From Pontiella sp. (GTDB taxonomy: Bacteria; Verrucomicrobiota; Kiritimatiellia; Kiritimatiellales; Pontiellaceae), in assembly GCA_050290185.1 (NCBI GenBank), contig JBNKHE010000008.1:64001-128000 (forward strand): a stretch of 64,000 nt of DNA. The letters run 5' to 3'. The position numbers and the translations under genes were made by a program. The notes under the pieces are model-generated. The model was not told the DNA's origin. It ran no database searches and saw only the letters and a list, made by a program, of their open reading frames with translations. Every line of letters starts with the position of its first letter. Position 1 is the stretch's first letter. Shown here in pieces: positions 9,230 to 19,740 of the stretch.

Positions 9230-10488
9230 CAGCAGAATTCCTCGATGGTTTGCTGGAGCGCATACACGGCGCCGCGGAGTTCGTCGTCGGTGATGACCAG
9301 CGGCGGCATCAGGTAGAACATGGTGCCGAGCGGCCGGAAGAGGTAGCCTTGTTCCTTGAGTGATTGCTTGATTTTAGCGATCAGAGGTTTGGTTTCCGGC
9401 TTGAGTTCAACCACGCCGATCATGCCGAGGAAGCGCAGTTCCTTGACGCATTCCAGTTCCTCCATCGGCAACATCCATTGTCTCATTTTTTCGGCCATTT
9501 CTGCGGCGCGTTTAACCGTATCTTCGGCCTCGTAGATATCGAGGGCAGCAAGCGCGGCGGCGCATCCGATTGGGTGGCCGGCATAAGTGTTTCCGTGGTA
9601 GAAAGTGCAGTCTTTTTCGCCGTCGTCGGAAAAGGTGTTGTAGATTTCGTCTTTCACGATGCAGGCGCTCAGCGGCATGTAGCCCGCCGTCAAAGCCTTG
9701 CCGACGCAGACCATATCCGGATCGATGGAGGCATGGTTGAAGGCGAAGCGCTGGCCGGTGCGGCCGAAGCCCATCGCCACCTCATCGACGATGAGCAGGA
9801 CGTCGTTGGCGGCGCAGCAGTCGGCCAGCTTTTTCAGATAGCCTGCCGAATAGATCTTCATGCCTGCGGAACCGAGGCAGAGCGGTTCGACGATCACGGC
9901 GGCGAGCTGGTCGGCATGCAGTTCAATTACCTGTTGGCTCGGAATGAATCCGTCGGGATCGTCTTTGGTCGGAATGGGGAAGGGCAGTTTGGCCGGATGC
10001 TTGACCGTTTTCTTGTAGGGCTCATGGAAGCCGTCGACAAAGCCAACGGAGAGGGCTCCGAGCGAGTCGCCGTGATAGCCCTGGTCCATGCCGATCAACC
10101 AGTTCTTTTCCGGCCGGCCCACGTTGTACCAATATTGCACCGCAATCTTCAGCGCGGCCTCCACGGCACTGCAGCCGTCGCTCGCGAAAACCGAATGGCG
10201 CTCCGGCGTCGGCATCAGTTGGGCCAGGCGGTCGGCCAGCTCCAGCACCTTCGGGTGGGTCATGCTGCCGGTGATGCTATGCTGCAAAACCGCAGCCTGC
10301 TCCTGGATGGCCTTAACCACCTTCGGGTGGCTATGGCCCAGTGCGGTGGCCCACCAGCTTGAAACGATGTCGACATACTGGTTTCCCTGGTCATCGAACA
10401 GATAAATGCCATCGCCCCGAACGATGTTCGGTAGTTCATTCTTTAATGCGGAAAACGGTGTATAGGGGTGGAATATCCTGTTTTGCAT
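9229..10488 (-). CDS. bioA: Adenosylmethionine-8-amino-7-oxononanoate aminotransferase
   Basis: FHPYT, SSWWATALGH, GYHGD, DEVAMGFGRTG, PLP Lys in GKALTAG. Confidence 0.95.
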   Translation of the reverse strand: MQNRIFHPYTPFSALKNELPNIVRGDGIYLFDDQGNQYVDIVSSWWATALGHSHPKVVKAIQEQAAVLQHSITGSMTHPKVLELADRLAQLMPTPERHSVFASDGCSAVEAALKIAVQYWYNVGRPEKNWLIGMDQGYHGDSLGALSVGFVDGFHEPYKKTVKHPAKLPFPIPTKDDPDGFIPSQQVIELHADQLAAVIVEPLCLGSAGMKIYSAGYLKKLADCCAANDVLLIVDEVAMGFGRTGQRFAFNHASIDPDMVCVGKALTAGYMPLSACIVKDEIYNTFSDDGEKDCTFYHGNTYAGHPIGCAAALAALDIYEAEDTVKRAAEMAEKMRQWMLPMEELECVKELRFLGMIGVVELKPETKPLIAKIKQSLKEQGYLFRPLGTMFYLMPPLVITDDELRGAVYALQQTIEEFC

Positions 10489-10526
10489 GAGCTCGATCCT
10501 TCTCTACGGAATAGCATTTCGGGAAT

Positions 10527-11948
10527 CTATGCCATCTTGCGCACTTTGCCAAGCAATGCCGCAATGATGAAGGGAATGAAGCCGGCCACGATGCCGGGGG
10601 CGGCGCAGTAGATGACCGAGCCAACGCCGGATTTCGAGCAAACGATGAATACGGCCAGACCGGTGAGAATCATCAGCACTTCAACCCATTCGGAGGTTTT
10701 GCGTCCCATAACGTTCACGAGCAGCAACGCGACAAAGGCGGAACCAAGCATGGCCCAGGCATCCAGCACCAGATTGAAAATAGAATCGTTTCCGGTGATG
10801 GCGATCAGGGTGGCGAAGGCGACCACCAGCGCGGTTGTGAGCTTGCTGACCCATAGCGCCTTGATAGGCTGTTCCGTGAGGTCGTGCGTGACGGAGGCCG
10901 AGCAGGAGAGCACCAGCGAATCGGCCGTGGACATGGTGGCCGCAAAGAGCGCGGCGAGGATCAGTCCAATGAAGATTTTCCCGAAAACCGGAATCGAGCT
11001 GAACAGTTCGATGGTTACCTTGGGGAGTGCCAGCTCGGCGTCGAAGCCATCGAGAGGAATGTCGAGAATAAGCCGGGCGAGCATGCCCACGACGATGGTG
11101 CTGGCATAAAAGAAGGTGAACCAGCCATAGTAGTAATATCGCATGCGTTTGACGCTGTCCACGGAAGGGAGTGTCATGAAGCGCACCACGACATGGGGTT
11201 GGCCGATGATGGCAATCCCGCCGAAGAGCCAGCCCACGATGAACAGGATGATGCCTCCCGTACTGCGTTGCGGGAAGAGCGATAAATAGTGGGGATCGAT
11301 CGCGGCAAGTTGTTCGCGCAAGACGCCCGGCCCGCCGGCGTGGTGGAGGCCCGTCAACATGAGCATGAGCATGCCGACCAGCATGACGATGGCTTGGGCG
11401 GCATCGGTCCATATGGACGCGCGGATTCCGCCGGCGGCGGAGTAGAACAAGACAATGATGGCGCCAATGATGATCCCCGCATTGGGATTCCAGTGCAGCA
11501 GTTCAACGGTGGCCTTGCTGCCCGCCTTCAACTGGGCGGCGGCATAGATGCCGAGAAAGACGACAATGAGAATGCTGGCCAGTGTGCGCGTGATGCGGTT
11601 GCGGTCGCCAAACCAGTTTGCCAGCAGGCTTCCGTATGAATTGAAGTTGAACTGTTCGGTACGTGCCTTGATCTTGCGCACCGTGAGCAGGGACATCATC
11701 AAATCCCCCACAATCCATCCCACCATGAGCCAGACCGACTCCAGTCCGTAGGCATAGGTGTAGCCGATCATGCCAATGAACATAAAACCGCTATTGTTGG
11801 TCGCGACGGCGGATAGACCAGCCAGCCAGGGGCTGATCGTGTTGCCAGCCATCAGATAGTCGTCGGTGGTCTTCTTGCTGTGCCGCATGGAGGCTCCGCC
11901 GATCGCGGCAAATGCCAGTAGGCAAAGCACAAAGCTAATGGTGATCAT
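10527..11948 (-). CDS. Sodium:proline/solute symporter (SSS, PutP-like)
   Basis: DDYLMAG, SAVATNNSGFMFIG, GGIRASIWTD, GQPHVVVRFM; multiple TM helices. Confidence 0.9.
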   Translation of the reverse strand: MITISFVLCLLAFAAIGGASMRHSKKTTDDYLMAGNTISPWLAGLSAVATNNSGFMFIGMIGYTYAYGLESVWLMVGWIVGDLMMSLLTVRKIKARTEQFNFNSYGSLLANWFGDRNRITRTLASILIVVFLGIYAAAQLKAGSKATVELLHWNPNAGIIIGAIIVLFYSAAGGIRASIWTDAAQAIVMLVGMLMLMLTGLHHAGGPGVLREQLAAIDPHYLSLFPQRSTGGIILFIVGWLFGGIAIIGQPHVVVRFMTLPSVDSVKRMRYYYYGWFTFFYASTIVVGMLARLILDIPLDGFDAELALPKVTIELFSSIPVFGKIFIGLILAALFAATMSTADSLVLSCSASVTHDLTEQPIKALWVSKLTTALVVAFATLIAITGNDSIFNLVLDAWAMLGSAFVALLLVNVMGRKTSEWVEVLMILTGLAVFIVCSKSGVGSVIYCAAPGIVAGFIPFIIAALLGKVRKMA

Positions 11949-11971
11949 GGATGTTGCTCCTGGGCGGTCGC

Positions 11972-12376
11972 CTAAGCCTCGATGGGGTCCGCTTCGAGGT
12001 TATACGACCCGTCCGGATTGTGGACTTCCTTGCCATGCAGCGGCGGGTTGAATACGCAGGCCATCTTCATCTCCTCAAAGGCGCGGAGTATATGCTTGTC
12101 GTTTTCGTTGAGGATATAGACGGTTCCGGGCTCGATCGGGTGCTTTTTCCCGTCGCTGAGCGTTTCCACCTCGCCGCGTCCCGACATGCAGTAGACGGTT
12201 TCAAGGTGCCGCTTATAATGCAGCATGAAGTCCGCGCCCTTGTAGATGGTTGTGATGTGGAACGAGTAGCCCATGCCATCCTCTTTCAGCAACAGGCGGG
12301 TGCTTTCCCAGTTGCCGTCCGGGGAGACGATTCGCCGGTTGCTCTTTTCGGCGTTCTTCAACTGTCTAACGATCAT
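11972..12376 (-). CDS. ectC: L-ectoine synthase
   Basis: [26 protein letters not shown] cupin motifs. Confidence 0.97.
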   Translation of the reverse strand: MIVRQLKNAEKSNRRIVSPDGNWESTRLLLKEDGMGYSFHITTIYKGADFMLHYKRHLETVYCMSGRGEVETLSDGKKHPIEPGTVYILNENDKHILRAFEEMKMACVFNPPLHGKEVHNPDGSYNLEADPIEA

Positions 12377-12378
12377 GA

Positions 12379-13710
12379 TTAATCCTTGTTGTTTTGCTGT
12401 GGTTCGGTGTCCACGGTGACGTCATCGAAATAGTCGCTCTCCTCGGGGATTTCGTCGAGGCGGCCGCAGACGGCCTTGACTGCGCTTTCGATAATGTCGA
12501 TGCCTTTCTTTAGGTTCTCATCGGAGATGATCAGCGGACAAAGCAATTTGATCACCTGGTCATCCGCTCCGCTGGTTTCAATGATCAGTCCCTGCAGGTA
12601 TGCGGCGTGGGTGATCTGGCCGGCAATATCGCCGTTTACGCAATTAATCCCTTGGAACATTCCGCGACCGCGCGTGGTGAAGTTTCCTTCACCATATTGC
12701 GCAACAATGCAATCCAGTCGTTGTTCGATGTATTCCCCCTTGCGACGAACCTCCTTCGCAAAGGTATCGTCGCTCCAGTATTCATCGAGCGCCGCCTTGG
12801 CCGTCACGAAGGCCATGTTGTTGCCGCGGAAGGTGCCGTTGTGCTCGCCGGGTTTCCATTGGTCGTATTGCGGGCGGATCAGCACCAGCGCAAAGGGCAG
12901 GCCGTATCCGCTGATGGATTTGGATATGGTAACAATGTCCGGTTCGATCCCTGCGGGCTCGAAGCTGAAGAAGGTGCCGGTTCTCCCGTTGCCCGCCTGG
13001 ATGTCGTCGACAATCAGCAGCATGCCGTGCTTTTTACAGACGGCCTGCAGGCTCTGCAGCCATTCCATGCTGCAGACATTGATGCCGCCTTCGCCCTGCA
13101 CGGTTTCCACAATGGCCGCGGCGGGTTTATCAATACCGCTGCTTGAATCTGACAGCATTTTGTCGAGGTATTCTATCGTATCAAGGTCTTCCCCGAGATA
13201 GCCGTCGTAGGGCATGCGAGAGCTGCCGGGCAACGAAACGCCGGCGGCCCCGCGGTGGTGGGAGTTCCCGGTGCAGGCCAGCGAGCCGAGGCTGACTCCA
13301 TGGAAGCCGTTGGTGAAGGAGATGATGTTCGACCGGCCGGTATAGTTGCGTGCCGCTTTCAGCGCCGCCTCGACGGCGTTGGTGCCGGTTGGGCCGGTAA
13401 ACATCACCATGTATTCCAGCTTGCGGGGGGCGAGAATCTTTTCCTGGAACGTTTCTAGAAACTCTCGCTTGGCTTCGGTGTGCAGGTCCAGACTGTGGGA
13501 AATGCCGTCGCGGGCAATATACTCCAGCAACTTTTCCTTAAGGATCGGGTTGTTGTGACCGTAGTTGAGCGATCCGGCGCCGGCCAGAAAGTCCAGATAC
13601 TGGTTTCCTTCGTCGTCGTAGACATGCTCCCCCTGGGCCCGGTCGAAAATGCGGGGGAAATTACGGGCATAGCTTTGGACTTCGGATTCGATTTCTTCAA
13701 ATATTTTCAT
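12379..13710 (-). CDS. ectB: Diaminobutyrate-2-oxoglutarate transaminase
   Basis: [16 protein letters not shown] start after [35 protein letters not shown]. Confidence 0.96.
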   Translation of the reverse strand: MKIFEEIESEVQSYARNFPRIFDRAQGEHVYDDEGNQYLDFLAGAGSLNYGHNNPILKEKLLEYIARDGISHSLDLHTEAKREFLETFQEKILAPRKLEYMVMFTGPTGTNAVEAALKAARNYTGRSNIISFTNGFHGVSLGSLACTGNSHHRGAAGVSLPGSSRMPYDGYLGEDLDTIEYLDKMLSDSSSGIDKPAAAIVETVQGEGGINVCSMEWLQSLQAVCKKHGMLLIVDDIQAGNGRTGTFFSFEPAGIEPDIVTISKSISGYGLPFALVLIRPQYDQWKPGEHNGTFRGNNMAFVTAKAALDEYWSDDTFAKEVRRKGEYIEQRLDCIVAQYGEGNFTTRGRGMFQGINCVNGDIAGQITHAAYLQGLIIETSGADDQVIKLLCPLIISDENLKKGIDIIESAVKAVCGRLDEIPEESDYFDDVTVDTEPQQNNKD

Positions 13711-13714
13711 GTGA

Positions 13715-14224
13715 TCAACCTCTTTCGTTATGTGCAATGGGGCCGATGTGCCAGAGTTCTTCCGACTCATGCTGGCCGTTGAAGTGTTCGGACTTGTCAA
13801 AGCCTTGCAGGATTCGTGCTTCGGTCGACAACGTGTCGGCCAGCCGTTTGAATAGGGCCTGCGAGGCCGCATTGTCCGGAGTGATGGTGGTTTCTATAAA
13901 GTCGACGTTCTGGCAGGCCGGTTGTTTCAGCAAGGCCTGCAGCATTCGGATCGCCAATCCCTGCCCCCGCGCTTCCTCGGCCACGACGACCTGCCAGACG
14001 AACAAGGTGTCCGGCTTCGCCGGAAGCAGGTAGCCGGAAACAAAGCCGACCAGCTTGCCATCGGATTTGGCGCAGATGCAGGTATCCTGGAAGTGGGTGC
14101 ATTGCAGTAGATTGCAGTACACGGAGTTGGGGTCCAATGGCGGACTTTTTTCTATAAGACGGTTCAATTCATAACCGTCACTCGACTTGGGTGATTCTAT
14201 GGTAACTTCAGTTGTATGTCGCAA
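13715..14224 (-). CDS. ectA: Diaminobutyrate acetyltransferase
   Basis: [34 protein letters not shown] start after GAGAGG. Confidence 0.95.
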   Translation of the reverse strand: MRHTTEVTIESPKSSDGYELNRLIEKSPPLDPNSVYCNLLQCTHFQDTCICAKSDGKLVGFVSGYLLPAKPDTLFVWQVVVAEEARGQGLAIRMLQALLKQPACQNVDFIETTITPDNAASQALFKRLADTLSTEARILQGFDKSEHFNGQHESEELWHIGPIAHNERG

Positions 14225-14413
14225 AACGCCTCTCTCGTTGTTGCGGTTAAGTCTTCTTGCGGTCCGGCGATAAACAGTCGTGTTGCAGTCCGGAATTTGG
14301 CATCCCTCATGTCCCGATGTGGAACTGCTGGGATGTATTTTGTTTTGCTAGTAAGAGGGGACAAACAAGCAGACATGCGGAGGCAATGCAAGGGATAGTC
14401 GGGTTTTTCTTGG

Positions 14414-15190
14414 CTAGATGGCCAGCTGGTTCACGATCTTTTCGATTGCTGCCGCGACGGGAATGGGGAGATCGGCATAGCGGGGATTGGGATCGGTTAA
14501 TTGGGCGCAATAGGGGATGGTTCCAAGGATCGGAACCTTGCCGAACTGTTCAATCGTGGCGGCGTTATCCTCTTCGATGAAGCCAGGTTCGCCGGGTTCG
14601 TTGTCTACAAACACCACACCGCTGATTTCCAGATCGTCGGATCGCAAAGCACGGATCGAAAGCAATGTGTGGTTGATCGTTCCAAGTCCAGGACGAGCGG
14701 CGATAATGATCGGGAACTTGAGCGCCTGCATCAGGTCGAGTGTGGTTTCACGTCGGTTGAGCGGAACCATAATACCGCCGGCACCTTCCGCAATGATAAA
14801 TTCGTATTCCGAGGCCAGTGTACGTGCGGCAATCACGATTTCGGCGATATCGATGTCGGTTCCCGCCAATTCTGCAGCGAGATGCGGCGAACAGGCCGGT
14901 TCGAATGTGTATGGCGCCATGTTGGTGTAGGTTTCGGTGTCGATCTTTAGCGACGCCATTGAAAGGGAGTAGTCGAGATCGGGGACCGTGAGCCGTGACG
15001 GTTGAGCCGTGATACCACTATTGCCTAATGCCTCTTGCCTATTGCCTGTTGCGGAAACGCCGCAACCTGTCTGCACCGGTTTGATGGGGGCAGCGTTGAT
15101 GTTGCGGCGGCGGATTTCGGCAAGCAACAATGCGCTGAGTGCCGTTTTGCCAATGCCAGTGTCGGTTCCTGTAACAAATAGTCCTCTCAT
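14414..15190 (-). CDS. bioD: Dethiobiotin synthase
   Basis: FVTGTDTGIGKT, KPVQTG, SPHLAA, EGAGG, LGTINHTLL. Confidence 0.95.
   Translation of the reverse strand: MRGLFVTGTDTGIGKTALSALLLAEIRRRNINAAPIKPVQTGCGVSATGNRQEALGNSGITAQPSRLTVPDLDYSLSMASLKIDTETYTNMAPYTFEPACSPHLAAELAGTDIDIAEIVIAARTLASEYEFIIAEGAGGIMVPLNRRETTLDLMQALKFPIIIAARPGLGTINHTLLSIRALRSDDLEISGVVFVDNEPGEPGFIEEDNAATIEQFGKVPILGTIPYCAQLTDPNPRYADLPIPVAAAIEKIVNQLAI
14986..15052. repeat. Degenerate heptamer tandem array inside bioD
   Basis: ccgtgag ccgtgac ggttgag ccgtgat accacta ttgccta atgcctc ttgccta ttgcctg ttgc. Confidence 0.7.
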
Positions 15191-15213
15191 AATAGGCGCA
15201 CTTTGCCCGAAAA

Positions 15214-16008
15214 CTATTTGGTCAGCAAGAACGTAGCGCTTTCATAGGTGGCGTAAACGTCGTCGTCGGAGGTGTAGTTGTCCTGATAGTCCGCCACCAG
15301 TTGCGCGAGTTCGGTGCGGGAGAGCGGGGCATTGCCCGCGCTAACCTTGCCGCCGGTCACACCCTGTTCATGGATGGCTTTGAGAAAGGACGTGGCGTTG
15401 TCGTAGAGAATCTCCTCTTCGCTGTGCTTGCGGCGTTCCAGCTTGAATCCGGCCGCCTGAAGGCAGGCCTTGGTTTCCTCGTAGGTCGGCAGTGTAACCA
15501 CCGGGGTTTTTTCAGGGGCAATCTCATTGCGCAGTTCGCGCAGCTCCTTGAGGGTACCTTTCAGCATCATGCCCAGTGCGAAAAAACCGCCGGGTTCGAG
15601 ATTGGCATAGATGTTTTCGCAGGTGGCTTTGAGGTCGGTGGTCCAGTGCAGGGCGGCACTGGAAACGATCAGCGGATACTGATCTTTGGCGTGCCACGTC
15701 TGGGCATCGCCTACGACCCAGTTAATCTGCGGGAATCGGCGGAATTTGGCCTGGCTGTGCATAACCATTTTTTCCGCCAGATCGACTGCATCGATGAGAA
15801 CATCCGGGAATCGGTCCGTAAGCAGGCGGGTCAGCTGGCCGGTCCCGGCGCCGAATTCCAGAATTTGTTCCGGATACATTTCCGGCAACATGGAGATTAC
15901 CGATTGGGCCAGCGCCAACTGCGGGCGGGCATGGCGGTCGTAGGTTTCGGCCGCAGCTGAAAAACGTTTAGAAATCATGACATGCTTCCTCAATTCAGGC
16001 GCGGACAT
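15214..16008 (-). CDS. bioC: Malonyl-ACP O-methyltransferase
   Basis: RFSAAAETYD, LEFGAGTG SAM motif, SSAALHW, GTLKEL; directly upstream of bioD. Confidence 0.9.
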   Translation of the reverse strand: MSAPELRKHVMISKRFSAAAETYDRHARPQLALAQSVISMLPEMYPEQILEFGAGTGQLTRLLTDRFPDVLIDAVDLAEKMVMHSQAKFRRFPQINWVVGDAQTWHAKDQYPLIVSSAALHWTTDLKATCENIYANLEPGGFFALGMMLKGTLKELRELRNEIAPEKTPVVTLPTYEETKACLQAAGFKLERRKHSEEEILYDNATSFLKAIHEQGVTGGKVSAGNAPLSRTELAQLVADYQDNYTSDDDVYATYESATFLLTK

Positions 16009-16055
16009 TGCGTCATTTGACCGGGCAATGCAACCATGGTTCGAGACGTTTTTAC

Positions 16056-18455
16056 CTATTGCAGATGCCGGATAAAGAAGTTTTCGCGCAGGCGCGTCCC
16101 ATACGGACCCATGCCCGCGCCATGTCCTGCGGAGGGGAAGACCATGAGCTCGAAATCCTTGTTGGCCTTGATGAGTTCATCGACGACTTGCATGGTCGAG
16201 GAGGGATCCACGTTGCTATCCATCGCGCCTACGGTGAGCAATAGCTTGCCACCGAGCTTGTGGGCGTCTTCCATGTTGGAGTTGCGGGCATAGCTCTCGT
16301 CGACCGGCCAGCCCATCCACTGCTCGTTCCACCAGATTTTGTCCATGCGGTTGTCGTGGCATCCGGAGTCGGCGGCCGCGGCCTTGTAGAAGTCGGCGTG
16401 GTCGATCACCGCCCGCATGGCGCTTTGGCCGCCGGCGGAGGTGCCATAGATGCCGACCCGGGTTAAATCCATCCACGGATATTTTTTTGCGGCGGCTTTC
16501 ATCCAGGCAATACGATCCGGGAAGCCGGCATCCTTGAGGTTCTTCCAACAAACATCGTGGAATTCCTTGGATCTCCAGTTGGTACCCATGCCGTCGATCT
16601 GCACCACGATAAACCCGAGTTCGGCGAGACGCTGGACGTTGCGATACGGGCTGAATTCCTTTGGCACGAAAAAGTCCTGTGGGCCGGCATAGATGCTTTC
16701 CACAACCGGGTATTTTTTCTTGGGATCGAAATCCGAGGGGCGATAGATCACTCCGTAGATATCGGTTTCTCCATCACGCCCTTTTGCGCAAAAGGGTTCG
16801 GGAAGGTACGGGTGGATTTTCAATAGTGCGGAAGCATCCGCCTTTCCGAGAGGCATAACCTGCCTGCCGTCGGAAGCGCGGCGAAGCACATGTGCAGGCG
16901 GTTGATCGACCCGCGACCAGCTATCGACATAATAGTCGCCCTTGGGCGAGAAGCTGACGGAATGGGTGCCGTTGCCCTCTGTGAGCCATTTCAGGTTTGA
17001 GCCATCAAACGAGATGAGGCCGTAGTGAATATAGTAGGGGTCCTGTCCGGGATGGGTTCCGGCAGCGCGGAATAGGATTTCGCGTTTGTCCTCGTCGACT
17101 TGCTCAATGCTTCGGACAACCCATTCTCCGGAGGTGATCGGATTGATTTTTCCGGTTTTGCGGTCGACGAGATACAGGTGGTTCCAGCCGGAGCGTTCCG
17201 ACATCCAGATGGCTTCGTCGGTATTGTCGAGATGGCGGACCATAAGCTTATTGGTCCAGTCGATGAAGGTTCGGCTCTTATCTTCAGCCAAAACGGCCAT
17301 CTTTCCGCTCTTTGCCTGCACGGCGAGCAGGCGAGCGGTCTGGTGTCCGCGCTCGTTGTAGATAAAGAAAAAGCGCTTGCTGTCCGGTGCCCAGTGGAAG
17401 TCGTCGACGGACCAGGGATTGGGAAACAGCGTATCGTCGAGAGGAATGGGTTTCATGGTTTGCAGGTCGAACAGGCAGGGTTTGCGTATCGGTATCTGGT
17501 CGCCCGGTTTGAGGTAGGGGATCGATACGGTCCGCGGCTGGAGTTGCTCTTCGGGAGCGGCCTGGATCAGATCGATGTGCCGGTCGTTGACGGCTTTTTC
17601 GCGTATGACAATCAAATAACGTCCATCTGGCGACTCGATGGCTGGTTCGCAGTATTTCAATTCCGAACTTCCATCGGTGGTGAGTTGGGATTCCTTGCCG
17701 GTTTCGGGATTCTTGACGAACAGGTTGTCGTTTCGGAAATAGGATTCCCATTTTCCAGATGGCTTCCATTCCCGATTTTGCTCCTGTGCCTCAGGTGTTG
17801 CAGCCAGATAGGCGATCGCCGGTTCATCGCCGGCGACGAATGCGAGGTTGCCAGCAACCCATGCATGGCCTGCAAAAGTATGCTGCCGGTAACACTCGCC
17901 GGGTTTCAGGGTGTTGTAGGGCTGGTGAATGCCGGCGGAGTCGGCCCAGAATAGTTGGACGGATTGGTCGGTGTTGTTAATGAAGATGATGGCGGATACA
18001 GGCCCGTTTGCAACGCTTCGGACCGGTTCATTGCCTGGACGGGCTTTCAGGGCAAAAGGATCGTCTTCCGGTGCAACGTGGTCGATGTCGTTTCCGTTAA
18101 TCCGCAGGGTCGAATGGTCGCTTCCTGCCGAAACGAGGCAGATAAAATCGCCGTTCCCGGCAATCGCAAAACGTTCGATCCGCGGCGATTCGTCTCCAAC
18201 TTGTTTGGCGATGGCCTTAAAATTGATCATGGGCTTGGATTTTCCGGTGCCGGTATCGACCCGCAGGATCTGGTCGCCCCTTTGGATGTAGAGGGCGGTG
18301 TCGTCGGGCGCCCATGCGGGATGCATGTCAATCCCGCTGACACTTCCGTTCAGGCGCTGGGCCAAGGTCTCTGCCGATTTTCGGTCGGCGGACGCGGTAT
18401 TCCCCATGGTAGACAGCATGAGCAATAGTAAAATTGATCTGAGTTGCGTAGTCAT
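16056..18455 (-). CDS. Secreted S9B dipeptidyl-peptidase IV family protein with an inserted VHL-beta-like domain
   Basis: Signal peptide; SERSGWNHLY propeller motif; catalytic GTSAGG, DSNVD, AGHG. Confidence 0.9.
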   Translation of the reverse strand: MTTQLRSILLLLMLSTMGNTASADRKSAETLAQRLNGSVSGIDMHPAWAPDDTALYIQRGDQILRVDTGTGKSKPMINFKAIAKQVGDESPRIERFAIAGNGDFICLVSAGSDHSTLRINGNDIDHVAPEDDPFALKARPGNEPVRSVANGPVSAIIFINNTDQSVQLFWADSAGIHQPYNTLKPGECYRQHTFAGHAWVAGNLAFVAGDEPAIAYLAATPEAQEQNREWKPSGKWESYFRNDNLFVKNPETGKESQLTTDGSSELKYCEPAIESPDGRYLIVIREKAVNDRHIDLIQAAPEEQLQPRTVSIPYLKPGDQIPIRKPCLFDLQTMKPIPLDDTLFPNPWSVDDFHWAPDSKRFFFIYNERGHQTARLLAVQAKSGKMAVLAEDKSRTFIDWTNKLMVRHLDNTDEAIWMSERSGWNHLYLVDRKTGKINPITSGEWVVRSIEQVDEDKREILFRAAGTHPGQDPYYIHYGLISFDGSNLKWLTEGNGTHSVSFSPKGDYYVDSWSRVDQPPAHVLRRASDGRQVMPLGKADASALLKIHPYLPEPFCAKGRDGETDIYGVIYRPSDFDPKKKYPVVESIYAGPQDFFVPKEFSPYRNVQRLAELGFIVVQIDGMGTNWRSKEFHDVCWKNLKDAGFPDRIAWMKAAAKKYPWMDLTRVGIYGTSAGGQSAMRAVIDHADFYKAAAADSGCHDNRMDKIWWNEQWMGWPVDESYARNSNMEDAHKLGGKLLLTVGAMDSNVDPSSTMQVVDELIKANKDFELMVFPSAGHGAGMGPYGTRLRENFFIRHLQ

Positions 18456-18599
18456 AGCCTATGAATGCGCCATTCACCCGATGGTTCGCAAGTAAAAGCA
18501 GAGGTTATTCTAGGGCTTGAATTTACCGATATACTTTACATTGGAGCACTTTCAGCGTATTGGTCATCACATGACCATGGACCTTGCCGGAGACGTTTT

Positions 18600-19532
18600 A
18601 TGATCGAGAGAATAGCCGAACTGCTACACATTCCCTCTAACCTAGCTGTAAAACTGATCTATACCTTAAGCTGGATGCTGGTTTTGTTTGCGCTCAAATT
18701 CTTTACCGCCAAACTGGTCTGCCGGCAGGTTGACGATGACAAGCGGCGATATCATATCCGCCGGACGATTAGCTATGTTTATACCTTTATCGTCGTGATT
18801 GTGATCGGGTCGATCTGGTTTAAGGGCATTGCGTCACTAAGCACCTTTCTCGGTCTGGCCAGCGCCGGCCTGGCGGTGGCCATGCACGATACCATTGCCA
18901 ACATGGCCGGCTTCTTTTTTATCGAGGCCCGCAAGCCCTTTCGTGTAGGTGATCGCATCCAGCTCGAAGATTTTAAAGGCGACGTCATCGATATCCGGCT
19001 CTTCCAGTTCAGCATCGTGGAAGTCGGAAACTGGGTCGATGCGGATCAAAGCACCGGTCGGATTGTTCACGTTCCCAACAGTCTGGTGCTGCGATCACCC
19101 CTCTCCAACTATCACATTGGCTTCGAGTATATCTGGAACGAGATCCCCATCCTGATCACCTTCGAAAGCAACTGGAAAAAGGCCAAGGAACTGCTGCTGG
19201 GAATCGGTCGCGAAAACGCGGAATACCTTTCGCAGGGCGCGCAGGCACAGATCCGCCACGCCGCCCAGAAATACCTCATCGTAGCCGGCAAGCTAACCCC
19301 CACGGTCTACACCTCCGTGAAGGATAGCGGCGTTATGCTAACCATTCGCTACCTCGTCGATCCGCGCCAGCGGCGCGGCACGGAGCAAAAGATCTGGGAA
19401 AACATTCTCGATGCCTTCGCCCAGGAACCGGATATCGATCTGGCCTACAACACGACCCGGTTTTATGTAACTTCCGGCGGTGAAATGAAGGACCCCGGAG
19501 GAACGGTCATCCAGGATGAAAAACATTCTTGA
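18600..19532 (+). CDS. Small-conductance mechanosensitive channel (MscS family)
   Basis: GLASAGLAVA, PFRVGDRI, GDVIDI, QSTGRIVHVPN; ATG after GGAG. Confidence 0.92.
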   Translation: MIERIAELLHIPSNLAVKLIYTLSWMLVLFALKFFTAKLVCRQVDDDKRRYHIRRTISYVYTFIVVIVIGSIWFKGIASLSTFLGLASAGLAVAMHDTIANMAGFFFIEARKPFRVGDRIQLEDFKGDVIDIRLFQFSIVEVGNWVDADQSTGRIVHVPNSLVLRSPLSNYHIGFEYIWNEIPILITFESNWKKAKELLLGIGRENAEYLSQGAQAQIRHAAQKYLIVAGKLTPTVYTSVKDSGVMLTIRYLVDPRQRRGTEQKIWENILDAFAQEPDIDLAYNTTRFYVTSGGEMKDPGGTVIQDEKHS

Positions 19533-19740
19533 ACGATATTGGTGTGATAACGCCGGCGTATGGGTTGCCGGCGCTTGCTGCCAGGGGGAAGTCAGGATCT
19601 TTAATCTGCAGGCCTGATTTTCGGTTTTTTTAACGGTTTATTAAATGTAAAACATTTTAAGTTGTATTATTAATACTTTTCGTTTGCTACTGTTCGGGTG
19701 ATTTGTTAATCCCCACCAACTCAAGGAATTAGGTCTGATT

